From contig NC_057718.1 in NCBI RefSeq assembly GCF_004010195.1, positions 99,939,186 through 100,003,185 of the forward strand: a stretch of 64,000 nucleotides of DNA, written 5' to 3'. A program made the translations under genes and the position numbers. The notes beneath the pieces are model-generated. The model worked only from the letters and a program-made list of their open reading frames with translations. It did not search any database and was not told the DNA's origin. Below, one piece after another: positions 13,336-26,094 of this stretch (its first letter is position 1; every line of letters starts with the position of its first letter). The DNA comes from Chiloscyllium plagiosum (Eukaryota).

Positions 13336-13929
13336 AAGTGGTAACAGTTAACTTGTCCTCTCTGGACCTCCCTGTAACATTGATTTTCAACCATAACTGA
13401 TTGATACAACAGACTTCTTTCCCCTTCAGAGTCCATTAAATAATTGGGATAGTCAAAATCCCCTTGTGATGACAACAACAGTTTTATGCAAATTGATATT
13501 GTAATTAGAGGGTCGGAACCCGTCGCAATTTTTTCAACCCCATGATACAGTTCTGATCAAACCTGCCTAATCGCACTGTGTTTGTACCTACAATACATGG
13601 GCTGTAGCATTCCCAGAACACCAACACCTTCTCAGCAGCTAATAAAGGTTGGGCCACCACTTCAGAAATCCCAGGAAAGAATTTCAACTCCTCCCTCTTT
13701 CGATCAATATTGCTCTGCTGAATTGCAATAATCTCCCCTTTTTTATGAATAAAATGATTGAAATTTCCTTTCGGAATTATCTTTCCCTATCTGAGTCTCA
13801 TCTTTCTCCTGTTTTCCTTTCTGCCTCAGAGCATCAGGTGCAACGCCGTTGATCACACATTTACCGCGGAATCTCAACATTCGGGTTCTGAGTAAAACAA
13901 TGAAGGCTGATGGATGAGTCCACTGATGG

Positions 13930-14467
13930 ATGAGTCATAGAGCTGTACAGCACAGAAACAGACCCTTCGGTTCAACCAGTCCATGCTGACCAGATATCCT
14001 AAATTCACTTAGTCCCATTTGCCAGCACTTGGACCATATCCCTGTAAACCCTTTCTATTCATATACCCATCCAGATGCCTTTTAAATGCTGTAATTGTAC
14101 CAGCCACCATCACTTCCCAAGTAGCTCATTCCATACACACACCACCCACTGCATGAAAACGTTTTCCCTTTTAAATCTTTCCCCTTCACCCTAAATCTAT
14201 GCCCTCTAGTTCTGGACTCCCCCACCCCAGTGAAAAGACATTGTCTATTTACCCTATCCATGTCCATTGTGAATTTATAAACCTCTATAACCGCTCACCT
14301 CTGACGTTCTGGGAAAACAGTCCCAGCCTGTTCACCCTCTCCCTATAGCTCAAACCCTCTAACCCTGGCAACATCCTTGTAAGTCTTTTCTGAAACCTTT
14401 GAAGTTTCATAACATCTTTCCCATAGCAGGGACAGCAGAAATGAACACAATATTCCAAAGTGGCCAT
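13930..14467 (-). mobile_element. CR1 LINE 3' fragment
   Basis: LEYCVHF...KLQRFQKRLTRMLPGLEGLSY on the minus strand. Confidence 0.9.
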
Positions 14468-14724
14468 AGACATTTTCAGGTGAGATGTTAACCAGAGACA
14501 GTGTGCATCTGTTTGGGTTCATGTGCAAGATTCTATGGCACCAAATTGAAATAACATTAGGGGAGCAATCTCTGGCATCCTGGCAATATTCATCGCTAAA
14601 TCAACTTTCTTTCACTCTGGAATTGTGGCTAATGGGTGACTACACAGTCCAATGCTCAACCCACACACCCTGCAAGAGGATGGGCAGGTAGTGTTTGCTA
14701 ATGAGGATGGATGGAATGTTTAGG

Positions 14725-15025
14725 TTTTCACCGTGCAGAAAGAGGCTGCTCAGCCCATCCAGTCTGCACTGACCCTCAAAACAGCATCCCATACCCTGCA
14801 TTTCCCAAGGCTAATCCACCCAACCTGCACATCCCTGGACACTATGGGGCAATTTCCCATGGCCAATCCAGCCTAACCTGCACCTCTTTGGACTGTGGGA
14901 GGAAACTGGAGCACCCGAAGGAAATTAATGCAGATACGGGGAGAATGTGCAAACTCCACACAGACAGTTGTCCGAGGCTGGAATTGAACCAGGGTCCCTG
15001 GTGCCGAGAGGCTGTACTGCCCCAC
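14725..15025 (-). mobile_element. HE1-type V-SINE
   Basis: Reverse complement of V-domain and tRNA head. Confidence 0.85.
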
Positions 15026-15029
15026 TCTT

Positions 15030-15240
15030 TCTTGTACATTCTTTCTACTATTTGTGCTTGGCCTCCACCTGGGGTTTCCTGGAGAATCTTGAGATGATGG
15101 ACACCTTCACAGTTATTTCTTCTCCAGTTCGGGCGATCCTGGGGAAGAGATTCCTTTGGGGCGTGAGAATGTTCCAATTTCTGAGGGAGTCTTTGAGGAC
15201 ACCCTCGAAGTATTTCCTCTGCCCTCCTGGTAACTATTTG
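15030..15240 (-). mobile_element. RTE-clade LINE ORF C-terminal remnant
   Basis: Minus strand reads LPGGQRKYFEGVLKDSL...ESLPQDRPNWRR, resembling the RTE C-terminal GGQxKRFKDxLK...W..A.DR..WR motif. Confidence 0.6.
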
Positions 15241-15254
15241 CTATTGGAAGTAGA

Positions 15255-15785
15255 GAACTTGAATATTAAAGCAGGGATGTACTTCTGAGGCTCTATAAGG
15301 CTCAGGTCAGACCACATTTGGAGTATTGTGTGCAGCTTTGGGCCCCATATCTGAGGATGGATGTATTGGCCCTGGAGTGGGTTCAGAGAAGGTTCACGAG
15401 AATGTTCCCAGTAATGAAAAGCTTAACACATAAGGAACATTTGAGGACCAATGGACTTTACTTGATGAAGTTTACAAGGATGGGGAGGGTGGGGGGGGGG
15501 GGGGGTGGATTTAATTGAAACATACAGAATACAGAATTGCCTGGACAGAGTGGATATTGGGAAGATGTTTCCATCGGTAGGAGAGACTAGGACCCGAAGG
15601 CACAGCCTCAGAGTAAAGGGAAGACCTTTTATAATGGAGATAAGGAGAAACATCTTCAGCCAGAGAGTGGGGAATCTATGGAATTCATTGCAGGGAGAAA
15701 GCAGGAGAATGGTGTGGAGAAACTTATCAGCCATGGGCTTATCAGACTCGATGGGCTGAATGGTCTATGTCTTATGGTCTTATGG
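15255..15785 (+). mobile_element. CR1 LINE 3' fragment (older subfamily)
   Basis: LEYCVQLWAPYLRMDVLALEWVQRRFTRMFP and DLIETYRI. Confidence 0.9.
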
Positions 15786-15884
15786 ATCTGATCTCAGTCA
15801 CAACTTGGTCACCTTGGAGGCTGCAAGCCCACAATCCTATCTCGCCACCCCACCTAGCATCTCCAACCCATTTAGGGAATGAAA

Positions 15885-16430
15885 ACAAAAAATACTGGAG
15901 GGTCATGCAGCATCCATGGAGATTTAATGCATCCATTGCTCCTGATGTGGTCTCCTCTACATCGGAGAGACCGAGCGCAAACTCAAGGACCGGTTCAGGG
16001 CACATCTCTGGTCCGTATGCTCCAGTCAACCCCACTTTCCGGTCACCATCCATTTCAACTCCTCCTCCCACTCCCTCAACAACATGTCCATCCTGGGACA
16101 CAAGATCACACGCAACCTGGAGGAAGAACATCTCAGCTTAACCCTCAGGAGCTTACAACCATACGGCCTGAACATAGAGTTCACCAGCTTCCAAATCTCC
16201 CAACCTCAACCCACACCCAACCCTCCCTTTCCACCCTGCCCCTTGACCTGACCAGTGCATCTTCCTACCTACCAATCCGCTCCACCCTTCCCACTGACCA
16301 ATCACAATCACCACCTACATATCGCCATTCCACCAAGCTATCCCCCAGCCCCATCGTCCTCTCTCTATTTATTTTTCAATCCCTTCCCCTCATCTAAGAC
16401 TCGAAATGTTAGCTTGTTCTCTCTGCAAGG
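15885..16430 (+). mobile_element. Penelope-like element remnant (GIY-YIG C-terminus and pyrimidine-rich 3' region)
   Basis: cattgctcctgatgtggtctcctctacatcggagagacc = HCS*CGLLYIGET; downstream HFNSSSHS and a partial hammerhead gactcgaaatgttagc. Confidence 0.8.
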
Positions 16431-16431
16431 A

Positions 16432-16715
16432 TGGAGAAAGTGAGGACTGCAGAGGATGGAGATCAGAGTTGAGAGTGTGATGCTGGAAAAGCACAACAGG
16501 TCAGGCAGCATCTGAAGAGCAGGAGAGTCAACGCTTCGGGCATAAGCCCTTCATCGGGAATGCTTCCCACTCACAATGGGCCTCATCATTCCTGATGAAG
16601 GCCTTATGTCCGGAATGTCGATTCTCCTGCTCCACGGATGCTGCCTGTCCCACTGTGATCTCCAGGATTTTCTGTTTTGAGTTCAGATTCTAGTATCTGC
16701 AGTCATTTGCTCCAA
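16432..16715. mobile_element. PLE-derived short elements (family A, inverted arms)
   Basis: gaaagtgaggactgcag...cgggcataagcccttcatcgggaat followed by cctgatgaaggccttatgtccggaatgtcgattctcc. Confidence 0.75.
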
Positions 16716-16777
16716 CTTTGGTTTAGGGAAGATCAGATGATGGGGAAAAGAGTGAAGCGATGTAGAGAATTCTGATT

Positions 16778-17427
16778 AGGTTAGATTACCTACAGTATGT
16801 AAACAGGTCCTTTGGCTCAACAAGTCCATACCGACCCTCCGAAGAGTAACCCACCCAGACGCATTCCCCAAATGTACCCCTGACCTAACACTATGGGCAA
16901 TTTAGCACAGCCAATTCACCTGACCTGCACATAGAGTTATAGAGATGTACAGCATGGAAACAGACCCTTCAGTCCAACCCGTCCATGCCAATCAGATATC
17001 CCAACCCAATCTAGTCCCACCTGACAGCACCCGGCCCATATCCCTCCAAATTCTTCCTATTCATATACCCATCCAAATGCCTCTTAAATGTTTCAACTGT
17101 ACCAGCCTCCACCACTTCCTCTGGCAGCTCATTCCATACACATACCACCCTCTGCATGAAAAAGTTTCCCCTTAGGTCTCTTTTATATCTTTCCCCTCTC
17201 ACCCTAAACCTATGCCCTCTAGTTCTGGACTCCCCGACCCCAAGGAAAAGACTTTGTCTATTATTCCTATCCCTTGGATTGTGGGAGGAAACCAAAGCAC
17301 CTGAAGGAAACCCACGCAGACCTGGGGAGAATGTGTAAACTCCACACAGACAGTTGCCCGAGGCTGGAATTAAACCCAGGTCCCTGCCGCTGTGAGGCAG
17401 CAGTGCTAACCACTGAGCCACCCTGCC
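16778..17427 (-). mobile_element. HE1 V-SINE split by a CR1 3' fragment (about 16931-17265)
   Basis: SINE tail at 16778-16930, CR1 3' end in between, SINE V-domain and head resume at 17272-17427. Confidence 0.85.
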
Positions 17428-18446
17428 AAGTAAAGTCTCTCCATATACTATAGACAGTAACACACGGAAAGGAAATCTGAACGCTGACTGAGTTTTATCT
17501 GACCAGTTAAGAATGGATACTGTGCCAATGACCTGTCAATTCTAACAGAAAATATTGCAAGTGCTGGCTGTTAGAGACTTGTAACTACAAGTGGCTGGTT
17601 AAAAATGGACAATAGCTCTTCAGAAAATGTTGAGAAATCAGCTAACAGGGTCGATTAAATTTGCCTCCATTTCCTGTTAGTTTAAGTCTCTCACGCTGTC
17701 AAATCATCACTAGTTCCCTGAAAAAACTCCATTGTGCAGAAAATCTTCTCCAGTTGAGCGCAGGCAATAAAATAAAAGATAAGACAAACACTTCACCGGC
17801 AATTCGGCCTGCTTGTTGGAGGTTTGCTGCCAAGTGAATTCTCTGGAGAATTTGAACAGTCCCTGGCATTCCTGCATCACAGTGCCAATCTGAAGGAAGT
17901 GTCACACACTGCCACCGAAGTCTTCCTTCTGTGTGGTGACTCTAGGGGGTGAAATGAGCAGTCAGTGAGGCTTCAGGAGGGGTAGACGAGGAGGTGGTAG
18001 GGGTGTTGTTTCCACACCAAAACCTAGAGCGATGCTGGAGATTCAAGTGGTTACAATCAGTCTGGTTAAAATGGGGCCTCAGCCAAGCAGCTCCTCAGGG
18101 GCAAGGTAAATATTTTAACTTACTTATTTCCCCTAATCAACCTACTCAGAGGCATTATTACACACGTCTGGAGCAGGTGGGACTTCAGCCCAGGCTGCCT
18201 GGTCCAGGGATAGGGACACGATTACTGTGCCACAAGAAGGTCCTCAGAAGTTACCTTACTTTTTATTCCCATCTCCTCCAAGCCTGCTTTTCTAATGAAT
18301 CTGCCGGGAGATGTTATTCCACACCTCTGGAGCAGGTGGGACTCGAACCACAGGCCTCTCAGTCCAAGGGCATGGACGCTATTGCTGCACCACTAGAGGG
18401 CGCTTTGAATCAGGTCCTCTGCCACATATTTGGCCCACCATTTCAA

Positions 18447-19780
18447 CATAGAGTAATTCGGTCCAACCCGTCCATGCCGACCAGATATCCCAACCCAATC
18501 TAGTCCCACCTGCCAGCACCCGGCCCATATCCCTCCAAACCCTTCCTATTCATATACCCATCCAAATGCCTTTTAAGTGTTGCACTTGTACCAGCCTCCA
18601 CCACTTCCTCTGGCAACTCATTCCATACACATACCTAACTCTGTGTGAAAAAGTTGTCCCATAGGTCTCTTTTATATCTTTCCCCTTTCACCCTAAACCT
18701 ATGCCCTCGAGTTCTGGACTCAACGACCCCAGGGAAAAGACTTTGTCTATTTACCCTATTCATGCCCCTCATGACTTTGTCGACCTCTATAATGTCACCC
18801 CACAACCTCTGACGCTCCAGGGAAAACAGCCCCAGCCTGTTCAGCCTCTCCCTCTAGCTCAAATCCTCCAACCCTGGCAACATCTTTGTAAATCTTTTCT
18901 GAAACCTTTTGAGTTTCACAACATCTTTCTGATAGGAAGGAGACCAGAATTGCATGCAATATTCCAACAGTGGCCTAACCAATGTCCTGTAGAGCCGCAA
19001 TATGACCTCCCAACTTCTGTACTCAATACTCTGATCAATAAAGGAAAGCACACCAAAAGCCACCTTCACTATCCTATCTACCTGCGACTCCACTTTCAAG
19101 GAGCTATGAACCTGCACTCCAAGTTCTCTTTGTTCAGCAACACTCCCTAAGACCTTATCATTAAGTGTATAAGTCCTGCTCAGATTTGCTTTCCCAAAAT
19201 GCAGCACCTCGCATTTATCTGAATTAAACTCCATCTGCCACTTCTCAGCCCATTGGCCCATCTGGTCCAGATCCTGTTGTAATCTGAGGTAACCCTCTTC
19301 ACTGTCCACTACACCTCCAATTTTGGTGTNNNNNNNNNNNNNNNNNNNNNNNNNNNNNNNNNNNNNNNNNNNNNNNNNNNNNNNNNNNNNNNNNNNNNNN
19401 NNNNNNNNNNNNNNNNNNNNNNNNNNNNNTTGTTACTTCTTCAAAAAACTCAATCAAGTTTGTGAGACATGATTTCCTGTGCACAAAGCCATGTTGACTA
19501 TCCTAATCAGTCCTTGCCTTTCCAAATACATATACATCCTGTCCCTCAGGATTCCCTCCAACAACTTGCCCACCACTGACTTCAGGCTCACTGGTCTATA
19601 GTTCCCTGGCTTGTCCTTACCACCCTTCTTAAACAGTGGCACCACGTTTGCCAACCCCAGTCTTCTGGCACCTCACCTGTGACTATCGATGATACAAGTA
19701 TCTCAGCAAAAGGCCCAGCAATCACTTCTCAAGCTTCCCACAGAGTTCTCGGGTACATCTGATTAGGTCCTGGGGATTTA
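18447..19780 (-). mobile_element. CR1 LINE with RT region, spans a 100-N gap
   Basis: ORFs 18854-19309 (YLRLQQDLD...KWQMEFNSDKCEVLHFG) and 19454-19654 (ANVVPLFKKGGKDKPGNYRPVSL). Confidence 0.95.
19330..19429. other. Assembly gap (100 N)
   Basis: Run of N. Confidence 1.
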
Positions 19781-21002
19781 AATTAGTTCTGGGTTTTACA
19801 AGATGAAGGGAAATCCAAAACCATTGGAATGGAGAAGCATAACTCATGTTTCACAGAATCATCGAATCCCTACAGCGTTGAAACAGGCCATTTGGCCCAA
19901 CAAGTCCACACCGACCTTCCAAAGAGTAACCTACCCAGACCCATTCCCCTACCCTATTACCCTACATTACCCTGGCTGATGACGAGCTCATTCTCGAAAC
20001 GCCAACTCTCCTGCTCCTCAGATGCTGCCTGACCTGCTGTGCTTTCCCAGTGCCACACATTTTGACTCTGATCTCCAGCATGTGCAGTCCTCACTTTCCC
20101 CTGGTTCATGCGCCTAACCCACACATCCCTGAATGCTATGGGCAATTTAGCTGTTTGAAGGACAAGTGTGTGCCCAGCAACCTTAACACTCTGAGACACA
20201 GAACTTTTCCCTTCAAAGACAGAGGACAATGAAAGAGATAAACTTGCCAAAGTCCTGCTGGACCATGGGACTACTCTCTCATTGGAGAGAGAGATGGCTG
20301 GTGATGGTTTAACCTGAGGGTCCCCACTCCTTCATGATAACCGATATAGGAATTGGAACCCATCCAACATAGGCGTCACTGTCCATCACCAACCAGATGT
20401 CCAACCAACTGACCCAGTCATAAAAGTGTATGTGGTGACATCAGTGCTTGGAACCATGCATGCCCCAATCAGTGCACATACAGTTATCGGTGTCAGTGAA
20501 CACTCCCATAACAAAAACGCTACATGGTGGATGAGCAGGCCGGGAGCTGTGGTTTCACAGTGTCAGTTAGAAATACAATTACAAGTATGTAGACACCAGC
20601 AAAGATTTCTGGAACACACAGCCATCCCCACATCATACACAGTGATTATTGATCATGGTGCTACATGGTGAAAGATCAGAAGCCAGTTCAGCTCAATGTA
20701 CAGCACAGCCACTATATAGGGACAGAGGGATGGTGGCGATGATGACTGTACATCAGTGATGTCGAGTGACAGCAACCAGCAGCAAGTTGTCAGATAAATG
20801 CAACACAGAGCAACAAGTACCTCTCCAGATTGTCATACAATCTTCACAGAACTACACTGAAATGTGGAATGCCAATTTTATAACTGTTTTACTTGTGCTT
20901 TATGCTCATTGGATTGACAACTCAAGTCTATGTACATATCTGTTTGGGATAATCTTTTATACCTTAAAAAAAAGGGAAGACACTGTATGATGTATCACAG
21001 TT

Positions 21003-21165
21003 GGTATACCTTTAAGAAACACAGTATGTTGATACACATTTAAAAGTCGCAGTATATGTCAGTATACCTTTAAGAAACACAGTATGCCTACATACTTTTA
21101 AGAGACACAGTACGTCACTATACCTTTAAGAGGCACAGTATGTTGGTATCCTTTTAAGAGACAGA
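21003..21165. repeat. Imperfect minisatellite, about 28-29 bp unit, about 6 copies
   Basis: Repeated gtatacctttaagaRacacagtatgt. Confidence 0.85.
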
Positions 21166-22935
21166 TTCATGATATCGCCACTGTGACAGAGTATGTGACC
21201 TAAGGGCAGAAAGGTCTCAGACTCCAACCTAACTGGGATTATTTGAAGCATGATGTTAATGGAAGTGAGCCTACCTTTATAATCAAAGAGATTGATGGTA
21301 GCCTGGAATGGATGTGCATGTAAATGTAACGTTTGGGTGTAGTGGTGAGCTATAGTGATCTGCTGGATTCTTCAATACCATGTTCTCCATACCCCTCTTA
21401 TGAGCGATAACGTTAAGGTAATGTAATTAAACTTATGAAAGACAATTGGAGAGATCTAATCATGGAGGTTACTGTGAATCTCCCATTTCCCACACCCCCC
21501 TCCTTCAGAAATGGGAAGTGCCACATCTGGGGCAAGATTAAGAGACTTCCAGCCTTGTCCACCAATTTCACCACAACAGAGGGCCCTGTCAGGATGAAAA
21601 TACAGGTGTCAGTGTTGAGTCTCAGAGGTTGCAGAGCACTGAACTGAAAGGTGAGGTGATGTCCCTCAGTGAGGAACGTTGAGCTTCATTGGAGCCATTG
21701 AGCACCTCCCCCAGCCTCCATTCTTGTCCCAGTTGAAGCCCTGCCTCTAATCTTGCAGGTAAATCAACACCCTTTCCCGGTCGGGAGTCAACACTCTTCA
21801 CCCAGCTGGTATGAGGACAGCCAATGGTTATTTTGCGCTTCATCCCAGTTGGGGAGACGTTACCACACCTACCTGTGGAGCAGGTTGGACTTGAGACCTC
21901 CTGGCTCAGAGGTAAAGATACCACCACTGCTCCACAAGACCCCTCTTTGGGCCAGTGGTCAAGGGCCTTTAGGTTGCAAATAATTTACCTCTTTTATGGC
22001 TCTTATTTGGTGTTGGGTGAAGAAAGTCAATTTGCCTGAGGTAGTGAGGAAGGGGATGTGGAGTATCACTCGGGCCATTCCGTCCAATTATTTGACCTTC
22101 CTACCCCCATGCCCTCCAGCCCCGGTGGAGGGGGATGTTGCAGCTCTGATTTTCTCTGCGCCTGCTCTCCCACAAAAGAGGGTAGCCATGACTACAGCCA
22201 TCAGCATTTCCTGTTTTGACATCTCCGGCCTCCATCTGACTCTGCTTCCTGCTTATGGATCAATCCAGTGAAAGGTCCTTGGTAACTGCGCAGCCTCTTT
22301 GAGAGTGATTAAAGGGTGGACACTGAGTGACAGAAGCACAGTTAATTCTTTTTGCACGGTTAATTCTCAAAATCCGAGGTGAGGTAAAGGGACTTTGCTG
22401 GGTTTTTTTCTATAGCTCCATCCCCTCCTTTGTTGTTTAAATGCGATGGATGCCCTGGTGAAACTACAACAAGCACCACTTAATCACTTAAACCTAACTA
22501 TATTTCTGATGTTAGCTTCCACTTTCTATTGAATTACACGCTAAATGTCCTGTCCAAAATCTAACTGTCGAACAGTGTACTGTGCACGCATTTACATCTG
22601 GCACTCAGTTTGTGCATCTTTCAAACTGTGATTCAAGTAAATGCTAATTGATTCCTGTCCTGCCTCTAATCGCAAGGTGCCTAATATTGAAAAAAAGTTC
22701 ATTACTGTGGATTGAAAGGCTAGTGGATATAGATCATCGGTCACTGCAATTGGTTAACATTTGTCTCGAAGACAGGCTTATTTGGGAGAGGAAATGAGCA
22801 ACATTTTCGACTGTGCTTCTGGTGAGACCCTTTAATTACATCCTGGAGTAATACAGTTAATCCCAGTCACAGCCAGCCTGACTACTGAATGACCAGTGAG
22901 ATCGTAGGCTCCCCAAACAGATTCCGCGCTAGATA

Positions 22936-23095
22936 CGGAGGAACCTCGATTATCCGAACGACACAGGCGGGCAGTATTTTGTTCAGATAATCGAATGCCG
23001 GATAACACAGTTTACCAAAGCTTCGGGACCTTGCAAATTTGTTTGGATAATCTGAAATTCGGATAATTAACTTTCGGATAATCGACCTTCCTCTG
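22936..23095. mobile_element. Tc1/pogo-type MITE (160 bp)
   Basis: TA TSDs at 22934-22935 and 23096-23097; TIRs cggaggaacctcgattatccgaa / ttcggataatcgaccttcctctg; internal ggataat subrepeats. Confidence 0.85.
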
Positions 23096-23329
23096 TATAA
23101 GGTTTGACACGGGCATTTGCAATAGTTTGCTGTTCATTAAATGAACAAACAAAATCAAATGCTTTTCATTTTGTCGCACAATCCTAACACTGGACGCTCA
23201 TTTCCAACCTTGGAGCTGCCGGTGTTGGACTGGAGTGGACAAGGTTTATTTAAAATCACACAAGCTTTCAGAGCAATGCCCCTTCATCAGATTCACTGCA
23301 AACTTGATGTTCCTGCTTTTTTCTTTAAA

Positions 23330-23580
23330 TGTTTTTTTCCACAGGATGTCCCTAGCTGCCCTTGAGAAAGTGGTAGAGAGCCGTCTATGGTCTACTTGTT
23401 GTAGATGCACCCAGAATGCCCTTAGGGAGGGATTTTCAGGATTTTGACCCAGCGACACTAAAGGATCGGTGACATATTTCCAAGTCAGGATGGTGAGTGG
23501 CTTGGAAAGGAACTCTCAGGTGGTGGTATTTCCATGTATCTGCTGCCCTTGGCCTTCCAGATGGTTTGGAAGGTTCCTCA
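23330..23580 (-). mobile_element. L2/CR1-group LINE 3' remnant
   Basis: Reverse complement of the family seen at 51340-51550 (atttccaagtcaggatggtgagtggcttgga). Confidence 0.6.
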
Positions 23581-23938
23581 GCGTGTTGCTGGTTGCATTG
23601 TTACGGCCATGACAAATAAGGTTATGCCTACACGAAAAATCCTTCCTTTTCACTTGGTGCACTGACTTGGGAAACCTCACATGAAGAGAGTCCAGGGCCC
23701 ATCTTTAACTTAGTCCACCCAACTGGCACCTGATGGAATTGGAGGTGAAATATCGATTTCATACTCCAGCCAACTGTCAAGGAGGTAAATGATATGTTGG
23801 CCTTCATAGCAAGAGGATTTCAGTAGAGGAGCAATTGTACAGAGTCTTGGTGAGCATTGTGTGCAGTCTTATCTGAGGAAGGGTGTTCTGGCAATGGAGG
23901 CTGTGCAATCAAGGTTTACCAAACTGAATCATGGGATG

Positions 23939-24151
23939 AAAATGTGTTGCTGGAACAGCACAGCAGGTCAGGCAGCATCCAAGGAACAGGAGAATCGACG
24001 TTTCGGGCATAAGCCCTTCTTCAGGAATGATCGACGTTTCGGGCATAAGCCCTTCTTCAGGAATGATCCCTGGATGCTGCCTGACCTGCTGCGCTTTTCC
24101 AGCAACACATTTTCAGCTCTGATCTCCAGCATCTGCAGCCCTCACTTTCTC
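23939..24151. mobile_element. Fold-back PLE-derived element, family A, with tandem hammerhead cores
   Basis: Inverted arms; 15-bp TSD ctgaatcAtgggatg (23924-23938) / ctgaatcCtgggatg (24152-24166). Confidence 0.9.
23994..24065 (-). ncRNA. Tandem pair of minimal hammerhead ribozyme motifs
   Basis: Two identical 36-nt units; minus strand CAUUC-CUGAAGA-A-GGGC-UUAU-GCCC-GAAA-CG-UC-GAU. Confidence 0.7.
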
Positions 24152-24689
24152 CTGAATCCTGGGATGGCAAAGGTGATGTATAAGGAGATATTGAATCAGT
24201 TAGGAATATATTCCCTGGCATTTAGAAGAATAGAGGGTGATCTCATACAAACGCATTAAATTTGAACAGGACTGGACAGGGTAAACACAGGAAGGATGTT
24301 CCCAATGACTAGGGAGTCCAGAACAAGGGGGTCACATTCTAAGGATATAGGGTAAGCCGTTTAGGACTGAGGTGAGGAGAAATGTCTTCACCCAGAGAGT
24401 GGGAGCCTGTGGAATCCTCTGCCACAAAAAACAATTGTAGCCAAAACAGTGAATACTTTCAAGAAGGAGTTGGATAGAGTTCTTAGGGCTAAGGGGATCA
24501 AAGGGTCTGGAGAGAAAATGGGAACAGGTGACTGAGTTGGATGAACGGCCCTGGTCAGATTGAATGGTGGAGCAGGCTCGAAGGGCCGAATGGTCTCCTC
24601 CTGTTCCTATTTTCTATGTTTCTATTTCTTAGATGTAAATCTACATTTAACCTGTTGATGGACAGTCCTGGTCAGTTGCTTTCACAGGT

Positions 24690-25370
24690 CAACATTGGCA
24701 ACAACTCAACTGCTCCTCATAACAAGCCCTTCATTCCCAGAATCTTTCTTGTAAACCTTTCCAGGCCCCTTCCTATGCCAGCACACCCTTCCTTAGATAC
24801 GGGGCACAAAACTGCTCACAATATTCCATTACTACTTCTCTAGCCACATTTTCCAGCAGTCCAATGTCCACTCTTGCATTTCTCTTGCACCCTTTTATAT
24901 CTAAAAAAAACTCTTGCAATCTTCTTCTGTATTATTAGCTTGCTTACCTTCATCTTCTCCCTCCTTATTACTTTTTTGTTAGTTATCCTCTGCTAGTTTT
25001 TAAAGGCTTCTCAATCCTTTGACTTCCCATTAATCTTCACCACATTGTATGCTTTTTCTCTTGTTTTGATGCTGTACCTGACGTCTCTTTTCAGCCATGG
25101 TTGCCTCATCCTCCCCTGATTATGTTTCCTCTTCCTTGGGATGAATTTCTGCTGGGCCTCCCGAATTACTCTCAGAAATATTGCTCCACCATCTTCCTTG
25201 CTAGGCTTCCCTTCCAATCAACTCTGGTCAGCTGCTCCTTCATGTCTTTGTAGTTACTCTTACCCAATTGTAATATCGTTACATCTGATTCAAGTTTCTC
25301 CATTTCAAACTAGAAGGTGAATTCTGTCATAATATGAGCACTGGCCCTGAGGGGTTCCTTCACCTTAAAC
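24690..25370 (-). mobile_element. CR1 LINE fragments (ORF2 endonuclease-RT linker)
   Basis: QQKFIPRKRK...QPWLKRDVRYSIKTREKAYN is typical of the CR1 ORF2 linker. Confidence 0.7.
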
Positions 25371-25900
25371 GTCCTGTGTTGAATTGTTCCACTTCCTGAT
25401 AACATTTTAGAGCAGTTTTGCCAATAGTTTTTAAGAGTGAGTTTTGGTTTATAATAAAACTCATGAGTCTTTCAGCCAGATCTTCTTGGGACTATAACAA
25501 ATCTGACAAAGCTTCATCAGCAATTCCTACAATAAAGGGTTTCTTATGGTTCTGATTTTGAATCACCTTTGTCACACCTCTCCACAAACTTACATAGACC
25601 ATTAATGAAGTAATCTGTGGATTTCCTTGGATGCTGTACTCCTCTGTCAAATCTTGCACTCTTTCTCACATCTCACAAAGGGTAGTGCAATGGAAATCAA
25701 ACAACTCTGGTGTGTTCCCAGAGCCATCACAAGTGTGAAAAGATTTAGCCAAACTGTCAATTTACCCAACTGGTGAACTCAGGTTCAAAGAAAATACTCA
25801 CCAGCTCTCTGTACTGAACAAGAAAATAATTTATTCAAAGTAAGTTGTTGTCTTTAGCCAATGACAATGAGGAATAATGTTGCTAACTTATAACTCTCTA

Positions 25901-26094
25901 TAAAGATTCGTGCACCTTGTGTCTCTCACTGTGTCTCACACCTGCGCACACACCATGGGTGCTGGGGATAAAATAAGCACTACCGCACTTAGGTGGTAGT
26001 GTGGGGGTTAAAATAAAAATATATATATATATAAATAAAACCAGAAAAAAAGAAAAAGAAGAGAAAGAAAAAAAATAAATAAAAAAAGAAAAAA
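25901..26094 (+). mobile_element. 5'-truncated poly(A) retroposon (L1/Tx1-like 3' end)
   Basis: Long A-rich tail; 16-bp TSD aacttataactctcta (25885-25900) / aacttatacctctcta (26095-26110); terminal stem-loop. Confidence 0.8.

Larger units (their letters stand above)
23775..24630 (+). mobile_element. CR1 LINE 3' portion interrupted by a PLE-derived element
   Basis: YLRKGVLAMEAVQSRFTKL...LGIYSLAFRRIEGDLIQT; CR1 tail near 24580-24630. Confidence 0.85.

Noticed and set aside
13795..13900. Strong-looking splice acceptor (ctttctcctgttttcctttctgcctcag)
   Set aside because: No convincing downstream donor or recognisable peptide
23994..24065. CRISPR-like 36-bp repeat
   Set aside because: Repeats are directly adjacent with no spacer, the context is eukaryotic and there are no cas genes; also applies to the minisatellites at 21003 and 26541
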